A stretch of DNA of 64,000 nt from Phoronis australis (Eukaryota; Animalia; Phoronida): the NCBI GenBank assembly GCA_002633005.1, contig NMRA01000344.1, positions 165,365 to 229,364 on the forward strand, read 5' to 3'. The notes below the pieces were generated by a model. The model had not been told where the DNA came from. It did not search any database and was given only the letters and a program-made list of their open reading frames with translations. Both the position numbers and the translations under genes were made by a program. Shown here one piece after another: positions 11,950 through 24,727 of this stretch. Position 1 is the first letter of the stretch, and each line of letters opens with the position of its first letter.

Positions 11950-12960
11950 GGCCACTTTCTACAGCCCTGATCGGCAAATACGTCAGCCATCAGCCTGAGG
12001 AAGGGTGACAATGTCACTCTGGTCAAATCTCTTCGCGTTTTGTCCCAAATCATTCTGCTCCGGAGGTGGTGTTGGTTGCTGTTGTTCAGCTTTTGTAGCA
12101 GGTCGTTTGGAGTGTTTTCGGAAATACAGGAGATTAAGGGAAAGCCTCGGCACTCTACTAGCCCCCTATCCTCCGGCTTGTGAAACAATTATTCGCTTTC
12201 AAAAATATGACCGCAAGGATCCCTACGCAAAGGACCAGGAGGAAAAGCTGAGGAAGACATGCTAACCCCCTGTTCCCAAACATTCCTTTTGCAGCTAAAA
12301 TTTTCTAAATAACGCTATGTTAAACAACCTTCTATGTGTATGAAGCTATTCCCTTCTATTCAACATCTAGGGGTCAAGAAGAGCCGCTGTGTAATTACAC
12401 ATGCTGAAGCTGACGTTGTATAGGTAAATGCTGAAAGTGGTGTGGATGACGGCACCCACACTATCAGAATCACTTGTGACAACACTGACGTCTCCGAGCT
12501 CTTCATTTATGGGTCGTCTAATATGCCAGTAGACGCCAAGACTCAGATGGAGAAGTGGAATGGTAGTATTCGGACATAATGGAACATTTCAGAGAGTGCC
12601 GTCAACAGGAGAGGTCACAAGACGTGAGGGTACTGGTCAGAGAAAAGTTCTTGGTTCGAACGAGCTGTCAGAGATGCCAATAACCCTTCTCTGAGTAGAC
12701 ACGGAGGTGTCAAGTTGAGCTTATCGCAGTCATTGACTCGTGGTCCATTGCCTTGAAGCTGTTCTCTATGAACACCGACGCATGGTGGGGGGAATTTTCT
12801 CGAGAACCAGTGAGTCATCAATCGCCAGTAGAAGAAGCCAGGCGGCTTCCATATTCCCTATCAGAGGAGGCAGCGTCGCTTAGTGTCCTACCTCTACTCA
12901 AGGTCGTGTTTTCGAGTCACACGGGGCACACTGCTGGTCGCTTGATCCAAGTCCTTAGAT
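11950..12960 (+). pseudogene. Frameshifted remnant of an Academ-type transposase/XPG-like nuclease region
   Basis: Fragments PLSTALIG..LRKGD, IIRFQKYDRKDPYAKDQE and THAEADV*VNAESGVDDGTHTIRITCDNTDVSELFIY resemble the FDxY..KxxER, HEEADT and DTDV motifs. Many stops and frameshifts. Confidence 0.55.
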
Positions 12961-14287
12961 CCTCAGCTCTATTTCAACTAATAAAGCATTAAGATTATCC
13001 AAGGTGATCAGTGCGATGGGCCTTCCTGAGCGTCATGCATAGGTTTGGTACAACAATATTTTAAACTAGTTGTTGAGATGTTGGGAGGATATCTTATTCC
13101 AGTACTTAGCTATCCCTTACTCTTGATATAATGGAATCACAGAAATGATAATTCCACATTTCCCAGAAATTTAACATTTCGTTGCGCAAAAGCGATGAAT
13201 TTTCCGTGTTTCAGTTCAACGTGACCTTTGGCCTATCATTTGACCTTGACTTTGACCTTGCATCCATAAAATAATATCAGAAATGGACTCTCCGTCCCAA
13301 AGACATTGGAAACCATAAATTGCAGGATCCTGCACGGTATCATGTTCAGTGTGTTGAAGTTAGGTGAAATTCAAGATGGCGGAAGCCGCCATCTTGAATT
13401 ATAAAAATGCTCAAATTTGAACAAAGTGCAACCAAGTTAATTTTATTCTCCTAACCACATATATCAAATTTCCAAAAGAAAACTTTACAGTAAACAACAC
13501 GTACTGCAGGGTCATCTTTTTGGCCACTAGACTTATATATATTATATCATTCATAAACCACGCGCGTGGTGGCTACGTACACCAAAGGGTAACAAGTGAG
13601 TCCCATGTCTATACCTAAGCATACAAGTCTAGCACTACTACCTAAGTAAGCTACACGTTTTGTATATAGCAGCGAGAGAGCTCCCAAAAAGTAGTGCGAT
13701 ATGAATGCCTTAAAGTCGGCCAAGAAACAAAACAGCGGAAAATTGACTCTGTTATTCCGTTATTTTGATTTAATTGCAAGCGTAGTACGGTAGAAGTGTA
13801 GGCATTTTCAAATTTTGATTTGAAAGTGATCGTCAAATATGCAAATATGTTGTTCATCCAGTGTCCTCTTTGATTGTGGATTGGTGGATTGACATGCATG
13901 CGTGTGCACGTTTGAACGTTTCTGTTCTTTTAAATTCAGTACACGCTGACGGTAATTTCATTATAGGCAGTCCTCCGTCGTGTTAAAAAACCAGACATTC
14001 AACTACCATGTTTTCTTTCACTGGGAATAAACCATTGAGCATTTTCACGTTATAATGAAAAAGTAGGCCTAGACCTCAACTTTGGTCAATGAAAATCTTC
14101 TCTAGTCAATCAATGTCAATGGTGCACAACGCTGCAGACTTCATACGAGCTACGAACTTGATAGAAAAGATTTCCAAGGTTCCATGTCACTATGATACTC
14201 CGAAGGTCCAGTACTCCGAATGCCCATTACTCCGAAGGTTCGTTATCTTCTAAAATTCACTACTTTGAATTTCCACTATTCCAAAAT

Positions 14288-14698
14288 CAGGGCCCGGTCT
14301 CCAATCTTTTTACTCGAAATGGAACTCGAAATTAGGTTTGGCATTTTTTACTCTACTTTTCGGTGAAATCAAGATAAGTGTCTATTATTCTATGCTCGAG
14401 TACACAATAACTTACGTAGATAATTTATTGCCCTTAGTTCACAGTTTGTAAACCCAATATTAAAGCAATAAGTTCGAGTTTGAACTCGAAATTTCGAGTT
14501 TTTACTCGAGTTTGTAGCACGAATATAAGGGTCTTCAAGGGCAAACTTGAACTAGAAACGCCTATGCATAAACTATAATGTATTCGAGCACAGTCTGATA
14601 AGCAATTATCTTAAGTTCGCACAAAAGGAGCAAAGAAATTGCCAAAAATAATTTTGAGTTCGTTTCGAGAACAATTAAAGATTAGAGACCGGGCCCTG
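14288..14698 (+). mobile_element. Harbinger-like MITE, copy A
   Basis: Perfect terminal inverted repeat CAGGGCCCGGTCTC...GAGACCGGGCCCTG with CWG at the ends; ACTCGA-rich interior. Confidence 0.8.
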
Positions 14699-15086
14699 GG
14701 CTCGGTCTCTTAACTTTGTACTCGAAACGAACTCGAATTTATTTTTGACAATTTCTCTGCTCCTTTTGTGCGAACTCGAGATAAGTGGAGACTGTGCTCG
14801 AATAATTATTGCTTATGCATATGAGTTTCTAGTTCAAGTTTGAACTTAAAAACCCTTATATTCGTGCTACAAAGTCGAGTAAAAACTCGAAATTTCGAGT
14901 TCAAACTCGGAACTTTTATCTGTAATGTTGGATTTGTAAACTGCAAACTAAATCATTCACGTAAGTCAATATGTACTCGAACATAGAGTCATAGACACTT
15001 ATCTTGAGTTCGCTCAAAAGTAGGCTAAAATGCCAAACATTATTTCGAGTTCCATTTCGCGTAAAAAGATTTAAGGCTGAGCCCAG
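14696..15086 (-). mobile_element. Harbinger-like MITE, copy B, inverted and abutting copy A
   Basis: CTGGGCTCGGTCTC...AGGCTGAGCCCAG. The interior is a diverged reverse complement of copy A, and the two share the CTG at 14696-14698. Confidence 0.8.
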
Positions 15087-15559
15087 AACTCCGACTGTTC
15101 AATAACCTGATTGTGAGATCACGACTCATTCTCAAGCCGAGACAACATCTGGGGCACGGCTGCGGCGACCAAATTTAAGAAGACTAAATGGGACTCCCTG
15201 ACTTCGTGAGGGCAGGCAAGAACAGGGTGGCCTACTAACTTCATTTAGTTTCGACCCGGCCGTGTGCGTCGCGCTGCGATTCGATCTTGACATGGATTTA
15301 ATGAATTGTGTCATGGTTGATAATTCATCAGTATTCCTACTTCATATCATTTTAAAATGCAAGTGCGAATTCATTTTAAGACATGCGAGCAATTTCGCAT
15401 GCCCATGAAATCTGACTACGGTTTCTAGTTGTGCTGGCGAGCTGGAGGCTGTGGTCACTGTCTACATGGAATCCAAACAAAGTGTTTTAGTGCCCGGGTG
15501 TTGTTTTCAAAATAGGTGCATCTAATTATATGGATAAGTATAAAATGAGGCGAATCAAA

Positions 15560-16060
15560 GTTCAAAATTCTGGGAATATTTTTGACGTGAATTGATCGAA
15601 CATAATTCCTATGAACTTCAATGACAAAATGTGTGAAATGAACAGCTTGGTTAAACTGTGGAGCAGGAGAAAGCTAACGCTGCTGGGAAAATTTAGTGTT
15701 TTAAAATCTTTACCAATTCCAAAACTAGTACATCTATTTACTCTATTGAGCAGTCTCAATTTTAAAGGAACTCATTTCAAATTTACACGAGATAATAAGG
15801 TAGAAAAAAAAATAAAAGAGACGTCTTGGTTAGCAAGATAGACGCACATTATAAAGTATAAAGTCATGTTATTCAAAAAAGCTCTGATGAGACTGTTTTC
15901 TACAAATTCCAAACGGGTAAATATGCTTGAAATCGAGAAGGCTTTAGAGGTCAGACAATAGATCGTTTATGGCAATGATTACCACAAAAGCAAACCGGGT
16001 ATTAAAAACCATATTTGGATCGAAACACTGGACTATTGGTCAAGCCTAATTTGTAAAAAA
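15560..16060 (+). mobile_element. L1/Tx1-type LINE ORF2 fragment (post-RT region), decayed
   Basis: The ORF at 15611 contains LVKLWSRRKLTLLGKFSVLKSLPIPKLVHLFTLL, matching the WxxRxLTLxGKxxVxKSLxxPKL motif of L1/Tx1 ORF2. Confidence 0.75.
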
Positions 16061-19000
16061 ATATTACTCTTGTAATGCACAAAATGGAATGCAAGATGGA
16101 GGCAAGACCGTATTTCACGTTAGCTATGCTGGTAGACGCCTTTTATATATGAACGATCTCTTGAATGTACAATTGGGTGTACTAGTACTGAAGGAAAGGC
16201 TTTTGCTCAGATCCATATGTTTATAGTATACTAGTACTTCTCTGATTAAATCTATTTAATCGTTTACTAAGATTAAGTTATCTGTTGATTTTCATGTGTT
16301 GCATAAGACCATTGGTCCGTTGATGCCTTTCAATATCGAAATTTGCTGAAAGATGTAAGCGTGTTTTCCGTCGATTAAAGCGCAATTCATTTTGGGCAGT
16401 ATGTACAAATTAAGTACGTCATTCCTACTCAAAAAATCTAAATTCTCTGCCAGGACCATCCATACATCGATCGATCTCAATATCGAGCGAATACAACACC
16501 GACGTGTCGCGGAACTTAGAAGAGAGCATGGGGAAGCCTGTTGTTCTAACTGTCCTCTCAAAAATTTATCTGAAACAACGATGATCGTACCTCGAGTGTT
16601 AAATACAAAAATAAATAAAAAATTTGTGAATGTCTCAAAAATTCCATCCCATCTAGGTGCCACGTATATATGCAGTTTATATGTGCATGTGGATGAAAGA
16701 CATAGGATTAAGTGTATTCAGTTAGATCTTGACTGTTGTGTCAGTTTAGACTTGCACATTTCATTTTAAAATTACAGTTTACATTTTTAGTGACAATTGA
16801 CCATTACTCAAGGCTGACATCCGGTAGACGTCGGCGGGTTGGTAGGACTACACCGTTTACATTTTATAAGGGCAGTGTGGAATCGGTTCTGGGACACATT
16901 GATACTGGGAGTCGCAACAATTGTATGTTTCACAGCCTATTGGCATTTTGCGAGCTGGTCTGTGAAATAAAAAGTTGATTGTCAAATGACCTGATACCAA
17001 AATAATTTAAACTCAAACACCAACGTAGATGAAAACAAAATTTCAATTAAACTCTACGGTATTTTTGAAAACCAAAACCATCACTTGCGAATGGTTCAAA
17101 ATTTCACAACCATTTTAATAGTTTTGGGTTTTTTTTACAGAAAACTGTCACCTGTTAACTTTAGCTAGCAAAAAATTCAATCTTGCCCACGTGAAATCCA
17201 AAAAATCAAAATTTTTCGTTTAGTAGTCAAAGAGGTAGTTACTCGATTCAGCATAGAATGAAATTAGAGGTTCTCTTCACCCTGGAATATTTGGCGTAGG
17301 CCTACTTGTCAACGTACCGTGTCTCTCTTTTGGCGGGATTGTTCCGCGTTTAGTCTCGCGTCACGCCACGAAATGTCCCGCTTTTTAACACACCGCCAAT
17401 GTGACTTTTCATCATATTTGTTTGCGATTTACCATCCTATTGACATCCCGATCGGCAAAAAAAGAAAACTGTTGGGACATTTTCTGATGTTGCTGCGGAC
17501 ACTTCATCGTTGCGACTTGTCATAGACCCAGATGTCCAGCATTATCTCCAGATGTCCCGCATTTCATGGCAGTGAGGTCTTCCATTTTTCATTCTCCAAT
17601 ATAAGCGTCTACGCACTACGTTCCGTACAATGAGCTATATACATAGTTATAATTATCTCATTATAAGCCACCCCCGGAATGAGCAACCGGTTGGTTGACA
17701 CTGCCCGCTTAGTGAATCCCCAACCCTCACATGGCAGATTATGTAGTCGATGACTTCATTCCTGGACCGCGCTACGACATCCGGGCATTTATCTATGTGA
17801 TCTCGTTCCGCTGTCTTCTGTTCCGAGGATCAAACGGGTATGAAACATTTCATGTCATTTTTATTGGACCAGTCACAAATTTAGCAATGCTAAGATCTGA
17901 AGTATACAAAAATTAAGCTAGGAAACCACGTCTGCTTAGTGGTATGAATTGGCAAGCCCAAGCGATGGCAGATTCTACTTAACGAAATCAACAGGTGTTT
18001 CTCTTGTGACTGTCACTAGTAGTAGCACTTACGGTATTCACTATCACTGTATCAGGTTAACCGCAGGGCACAGGCTTGTTGGTTGTCGCTCGTGAGTATG
18101 GGATCGTGTTGTGGGCGCTAGAAAATACAGAAACGTAACCCATCTCGATGTCTGTAAATAAATATTCATACATGGACTGTAGTACAGGTAGAAGTTTTGT
18201 GGAACACAGTTTGGCCTAAATGGTACTTTTATTGCTGTGGTCTGATGGCCAGAGAAGCAATTCGTGGCGTGTGCTTTTCAACATTGAACCACAGGCGTCC
18301 TCCTCAGCTTCTGAGGACGCCTATTGAACTTGATTGATTCACATTGTACGTTCGCAAATAATGAATGTGATCTCAGATTTTATTTGACCTGGCAAAAACC
18401 CCAGGTTGCCACAAAGTCACAACACTTACATCCAAGCATGTGTTCAAAATACTACAGGAAGTTAACAGATGGTGTCAGAATTTTTCAGCAAAACCTCATA
18501 CTGTACTGTGTAGTAACGCGGCTTATAATTCATGAGATACAGCCAACTTACCTAACTTCTTGTCCGGACTCGACATCTGTCGTCACACTTTTAAGAGCGC
18601 CTATGAAGAGCGTCTATCTTCCACCACACCCTCGCATAGACTCTCCTTTTTTTCCCCTCGTGCCCAGAGTCACGTGACCTATCACTGGCTCACTATGTCA
18701 ACACCACACACACAGAGACGAACAAAGACAACACCACATGACGCCACACAATGAGAGAACACACGTTCACGACAACTGTAATATCCACCCACAAAGTATA
18801 CAGTTGTATCCACTGTGGGACACTTATACGAAAATGCTTATCACCCACTCAGTGTAACTGAAAAGTTAAAGATTTGCAATATTTTCATGAAATGTTTAAA
18901 TGGCCAATGAGCTTTTTTAGAATGTACCCGTTATACAATGTTTTAAAAAAATTGTAAAACAAAATAAAAAATCACATTTAAGGTTTGAAATGAAATATGC

Positions 19001-19066
19001 AGTCTTTACAAAGGTAAATCCAATAGGTTCTACATTAAAACTGGCTTGCAGGTATTAGACACTGCT

Positions 19067-19195
19067 GTGTAATCCCATAGTGGACCAGGGATATCAGGGG
19101 ACTGTAATCCCATGTTGGACCAGGGGCAGAAGGGAACTGTAATCCCATGTTGGACCAGGGGCAGAAGGGAACTGTAATCCCATGTTGGACCAGGG
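19067..19195. repeat. 35-bp minisatellite, ~3.7 copies
   Basis: CTGTAATCCCATGTTGGACCAGGGGCAGAAGGGAA starts at 19102 and 19137, with a partial copy at 19172. Confidence 0.9.
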
Positions 19196-21698
19196 AAAAC
19201 ATGAACCGTAATGCCTGTGTTCTCCTCTCCAAGTGTTAATTCTAGCACTGAATTGTTTCCCTATCATGTTTAATACAAGTCAAAGCACTCAAACTGGGTC
19301 AACAACATGCCAGATAGGTTGTGTAAATAGTTAACACATTTTTTCATGTATTCTTGCTTCTTCTCTGAACAATGTCAACGTCAATGTTAGCCTCTGGTTA
19401 TGTCGGCAAAAAATTAATAAGATGTCGGGTTCTGGTGTGGTAGTTGGGACACGGTAAAAGAATTACAAGAAATTCCCTAGGATTTCATATTTGACTTTTG
19501 TTTTGTGTGATTCCAAGATTTTAAACTCGATATATTTTTAATAAACCAATTCTTAGAAAATTTATTCCAGAATTAACTGTGGATATTACAGAAGGACAAT
19601 TCCGTGAAAAGGTCAACCTCGAGACAAAAAATTTAAATTGAGGCTATACTGGTCTCATCTGAAAGCCCAGTCTCTCTAATTTCAGGATTTATATTTGACT
19701 ATCCGTAACTTTCAAATTCTTGCTTAAATGGACTCATTTTTTGGGGTCACTTGACCCTAAAAAATTAGCTCGATTTTCATGTGTGTTGCTAATTATTGTC
19801 ATAAATAAGCTAATTATTGGAATTTCACTGCACTATCAAATTTCTGCAATCACATGAACTCCAAACTTCATAAAAATAACACTTCAACTTTGGCCCATCA
19901 TCGACCTCTTGGGGTCAAAGGTCTACTCCTGGATATCAGTGTTCAAAAGTTTAGTTACATTAAAAGCTTTTTATCAAAATTAAAATAATTTCAGATTCTC
20001 TTTTAACTTGTTGTTCAATATTATTAACCACAATTTTAGATCCCAGGGATTATTCATTAAGTCAGAAATTGTGTGACAGACTTACTGCAATTTTGTACAT
20101 CCGTCACGTACATCCGTCACACCCATGAAATTACTATTTTTCAGCCAAGAAAAATAATTTTAGGTCGTATATTTACTTTCTAAGCTTGCAGAAGATATGA
20201 TAAATGTATCTCACACCTAAGAACCTTAAAATGATTAAACATTACAAAGGCACCTTTAAAATTAGGTGATGAAGTTGCTACAAATTTAAACTAGATGCAT
20301 TTGACTTTTCCAATTTTAAAAGACTTTCCAGAAATGTTATAGTTTACAGTGCCATGTAGTTATTCTTAGTAGAATTCAACTAATTAAAATCAGACAGACC
20401 ACAATATAAAAATGTAAATAAAACAAAATTTTGATTTAATAAACTTATTGTTTTTCTGTTGGGGCCCCGTGTTTGTAAAGAAATGCTTAGCTTTTGGAAA
20501 ATTCAAGATGCAAAAATATTCATGCAAACAAATTCCTAAGGTGCTCTAGAGAATAAATAACAAGAGACCAAAAGGAAAACTTGCTAAGTTGCCATTGCGC
20601 TGGAATCCAGATGTTATTTCTGCTCTGACCAACTGTGCTGTGTTTTGTGTCCAAAAAGCTGATACTGGGCATTTTTAAGTGGTAGCATCCTGTCACCTAC
20701 TTTATTATGCATTTTGTCACACCCTCACTGACTGTAGTCACTCTTGTGTTTTCCAGTGTCTTGGGTGGCTTGTATGAAATGATTTCATAGCAAATGAATA
20801 CATTGTCTCATATATTTTTGATCCCACAATCTTTTTAGGAATTAGACTAATTTTTTTCTTCTGAGCCTTTAGGAGATTAAACCAGCGTTTAGAAACGAAA
20901 GAGGATATTGTTGGAGACCACGGGAAGAACAGATGCAACTGCCGGAATATTCTCTGAAACTCGAAACAAATGCCATCTTGGATCGAGAAATTCATAATTT
21001 TACTTGCGCTTACTGTGGTGTGACATTTTTTAACGCCTCGCTTTAAATTTGAACAGTCATGAGATAAAGAGCTGGATGAAAAACTAATCATGCTAATCCC
21101 TAAATAGAGACCAGCATCTACATGTTCCTAAATCATAATCCTAAGTGCAATTAATTTAAAATGTCTTGTTTTCACACTGGAAGACAGCACGGGTGATTTG
21201 AATCAAAATATTAATGCCAAAAGTCTATGCTGTCAACTAAACCATGCTTCACATTTTGTTTTAAAGATACTGAAGTCCTCAACGTAGCCCAATATTTCAG
21301 GTGAGATAGCGCATTTTTGAAAAATTCTGCCACTTGCCGAGAATGGTTTTTGAGCATCGGCAATGCAAGCCCAAGATTTCATATTGAGAAAGCGCATTTT
21401 TGAAAAGAAGAACCAACACTTATGGCGAACGTTCTTTGTGCGTCGACAACGCACATTTCTTATTGGGAAATCCTGTTTTTCAAAAAGTAATTGCGCTGAC
21501 TGTTTGAGTCTCATTGACCAGCAATTGTACTGCAATCTAATGATGAGTCATAGCTGCGCCAGCAATGTTGATACTGCGACCGCTCATTGAAATAATGTAC
21601 ACCCACGAAATTTGGACACAATCGGATACCCAAATTTAGAGGTCTGCCAAATTCGGACACCACAAAAATGATGTTTTGCAAGATTCGTCCAGGAATGA

Positions 21699-23370
21699 TT
21701 TTTATGTGCCCACATATTTATATGTGGACGCATTATGCCGTCATCTCCGTTAGTCCGTCCGTCCGTCCGGGAGGCGTCCGTCCGGCGTCCGCTTCTCTAT
21801 CTCCAAAACCCTTTGACATACATTCATGAAATTTGGCACATATGTTCGATTCATGAATGGGACGGCATGTGCGAACTTTTGGACGGATCCGACTACCGGT
21901 GTGCCCCCTAGTGGCAATTTTAGTTTTTTACGCTTACCTTTGTATCTTCAAAAGTCCTGAACGGATTTTCATGAAATTTGGTATGTAGGCACCTATTAAT
22001 GAAATAACGCTATCCTGCCGTTTTCAGATGGATTCGACATAGTTTGCGCCACCTAGTGGCCATTTTTAGTGTTTTCGAGTCTGTTTTTGTGCGTCCACCC
22101 CTCTATCAACCAAACCGCTCAAAGGATGATTGTGAAAATTGGCATGTATATGCTTACTATGTAGAGGACGGTTGACGATAATTTTCCGACGATTTCGAGT
22201 ACTGTGGCGCCTCCTAGTGGCAGTTTTGTTTTTTTTGCGCCTGTGGCTGTATCTGCTAAACCGTTTGCAGGATCGTTACGAAATTGTGTATGTATATTTA
22301 TATGATGTTAACAACGGAAGATGATGTCTTTTGGACGGATCCGAGTACCGGTGTGCCTCCTAGTGGCAATTTTAATTTTTTTACGCTTACCTTTGTATCT
22401 TCAAAAGTCCTGAACGGATTTTCATGAAATTTAGTATGTAGGCACCTAGTAGTGAGATGATGCTATCCTCCCGTTTTCAGATGGATTCGACATAGTTTGC
22501 GCCACCTAGTGGCCATCTTTAGTGTTTTCGAGTCTGTTTTTGTGCGTCCACCCCTCTATCAACCAAACCGCTTGAAGGATGATTGTGAAAATTGGCGTGT
22601 ATATGCTTACTATGTAGAGAACGGTTGACGATGATTTTCAGACGATTTGGACTACTGTGGCGCCTCCTAGTGGCAGTTTTGTTTTTTTTGCGCCTATGGC
22701 TGTATCTCCTAAACTGTTCGCAGGATCTTTACGAGATTTAATAAGTGCATTTATATTATGTTAACAACAGACGATGACGACTTTTGGACGGATCTGCCTA
22801 CCAGTGTGCCCCCTAGTGGCAATTTTATTTTTTTACGTTTACCTCTGTATCTTCACAAGTCCTTAACGGATTTTCATGAAATTTGGTATGTAGGCATCTA
22901 TTAGTGCGATGACGCTATCCTCCTGTTTTCGGATAGATTCAACCTAGTTTGCGACACCCAGTGGCCATTTTTACTGTTTTTGAGTCTGTTTTTTGGCGTC
23001 CACCCCTCTATCAAGCAAACCTCTGTAAGTATGATTGTGAAAATTGGCATGTATGTTCTTACTATGAAGAGGACGGTTGACGCTGAATTTCCCATGATTT
23101 GATTACTGTGGCGCCTCCTAGTGGCAGTTTTTTTTTGCGCCCATGGCTGTATCTCCCAAACCGTTTGCAGGATCTTTACTAAATTTAGCAAGTGTATTTA
23201 TGTGATGTTGAGAACAGACGATGACGACTTTAGGATGATTCTGACTACCGGTATGCCTCTAGTGGCAATTTTAGTATTTTACGTTGACCTCTGTATTTTC
23301 ATAGGTCTTCAGGTGTATACTTTGTGTTACTTCGTGACTATGAAGGGCGAGNACCTATCTGATGGTTAAA
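21699..23370 (+). mobile_element. Helentron-associated (HINE/DINE-1-like) element with a central satellite
   Basis: T-run start, subterminal hairpin CCACATAT-TT-ATATGTGG (21710-21727), (TCCG)n microsatellite (~21746-21791), then a long central tandem array. The right boundary is approximate. Confidence 0.65.
21810..23300 (+). repeat. Higher-order satellite: three ~145-160-bp monomers forming a ~452-bp unit, ~3.3 copies
   Basis: Equivalent motifs recur at 21901/22353/22806/~23253, 22046/22499/22951 and 22207/22660/23111. Confidence 0.9.
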
Positions 23371-24059
23371 TGCAACATGCAAATTATGAGCTCCATCGGT
23401 GATACTGCATCCGCCAACATTTCAAGCATTTGCAGATTCTACCAAAAAGCCCGTCTTAATAGCTTTGAATTGATATTCTATTTAATGCATAAAAACAGTT
23501 TTCCTGATAAGTAACAGTTGTGAAATACAAAATGATAATTATTCTCATCTATATCGCTTACCATCTTCAAAGGGAAGTGAAGATTTTAGGGGGTTGTTTT
23601 ATATCTTTAATCAAATGTATTGCAAAGACCAGCATAGCTGCAAAAGTTTGAATTATTCTGAATTGATATCTTAGTCACAACAAACAATACTAGAAATTTA
23701 GAGGGTACGTCCGTCACACTAACTCAACTTACATCGAGCTGTCTGACAAAAATTTCTTTAAAGATATCATAAAAATTAGTGTGTTGTACTTTGAAAACAT
23801 TCAACTAAATCATCATATAAAACAAAAAAAATCTAACTTAATGCAACTCACAGAAAATTAACCTTGAAGTAAATTTTTCAAAAAATTCAAATTCGCTGCG
23901 TACGGCTGTCACACCCCTTTAAAGGCAATTTTCTCAATGAGATAAAAAGATAGTGGGAAAGTTGATACACGCTTTGAAAGCTATCAATGAGAGTCACATT
24001 GATGTATTGCTTATTTTCCTAGCGTAAATACTTTTTTCACAATTGAATAAAATGTCCTC

Positions 24060-24727
24060 TAGTTGTATGTCTGCCAGAAATGGAATTCCCAGAAGCATTA
24101 GATGGTATATTTTTCTGTTGATGTCATGAAATGAAAGAGCATACTTCAAGGAATCCACATGCAAAAATTCACGTCGTTTGCTCCTCCCGTTAAAAATTCG
24201 ACCGCAAAACGATTGAAAATGGGTAAAAATGTGCCATCTTGAAAGTGACTTCCGGTTAAACAAAATTTTATAAAAGCCAATCAAAAACAACAAACACGTG
24301 ACCAGTTTGAAAATGATTGGTTCGCCAATGCTTCCTCTACAGGAGAAAACGTTTTTGACCAGATATCGAGGTGCACATGCGCCATTGCCCATATTTCCGC
24401 CATCTTTCACCGAAAGTTACCGATTTACGGCGCAGTTGTAGTTCTTGTGTGCTTTAATAATCGTACCAAGTTTCAGCCCTGAACGTCGAAAAATGTGGTC
24501 TATGTGCATTTGAATCTGAAACGGGAAACAAAATGACCGCCACGTCCGCCATTTTGAATCCGATCATGACCAAAAACAACAGGCTTCAAGCACTTCCCGA
24601 TCTACATGCCGTTAGGGAATTTTGTGCAAATCGGATAAAATTTGCGACCTGTAGACTGCGAACAAAAAAAAAACTTGACGACAGCAACATACTTGTCGGA
24701 ATCCAAAGAATTCCGCCAAGTAACAAT
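24060..24727 (-). mobile_element. Second HINE-like element, opposite orientation
   Basis: Terminal hairpin TACTTGTCGGAAT..ATTCCGCCAAGTA then ACAA; internal CCAAGTTTCA and CCGCCATTTTG motifs are typical of such elements. Left boundary is uncertain. Confidence 0.45.

Larger units (their letters stand above)
9664..13535 (+). mobile_element. Academ-like DNA transposon (decayed), ~330-bp TIRs
   Basis: 9664-~9985 is a diverged reverse complement of ~13225-13535. Ends are TAGTCTAGTTGCC...GGCCACTAGACTTA with a probable 3-bp TSD TAT. TAG..CTA termini and an internal XPG-like remnant fit Academ. Confidence 0.7.

Noticed and set aside
19400-24050. Large DNA transposon surrounding the HINE (repeated GTACRTCCGTCAC motifs at ~20095, 20108, 23705)
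   Set aside because: Plausible, but I could not identify TIRs, a TSD or transposase motifs.
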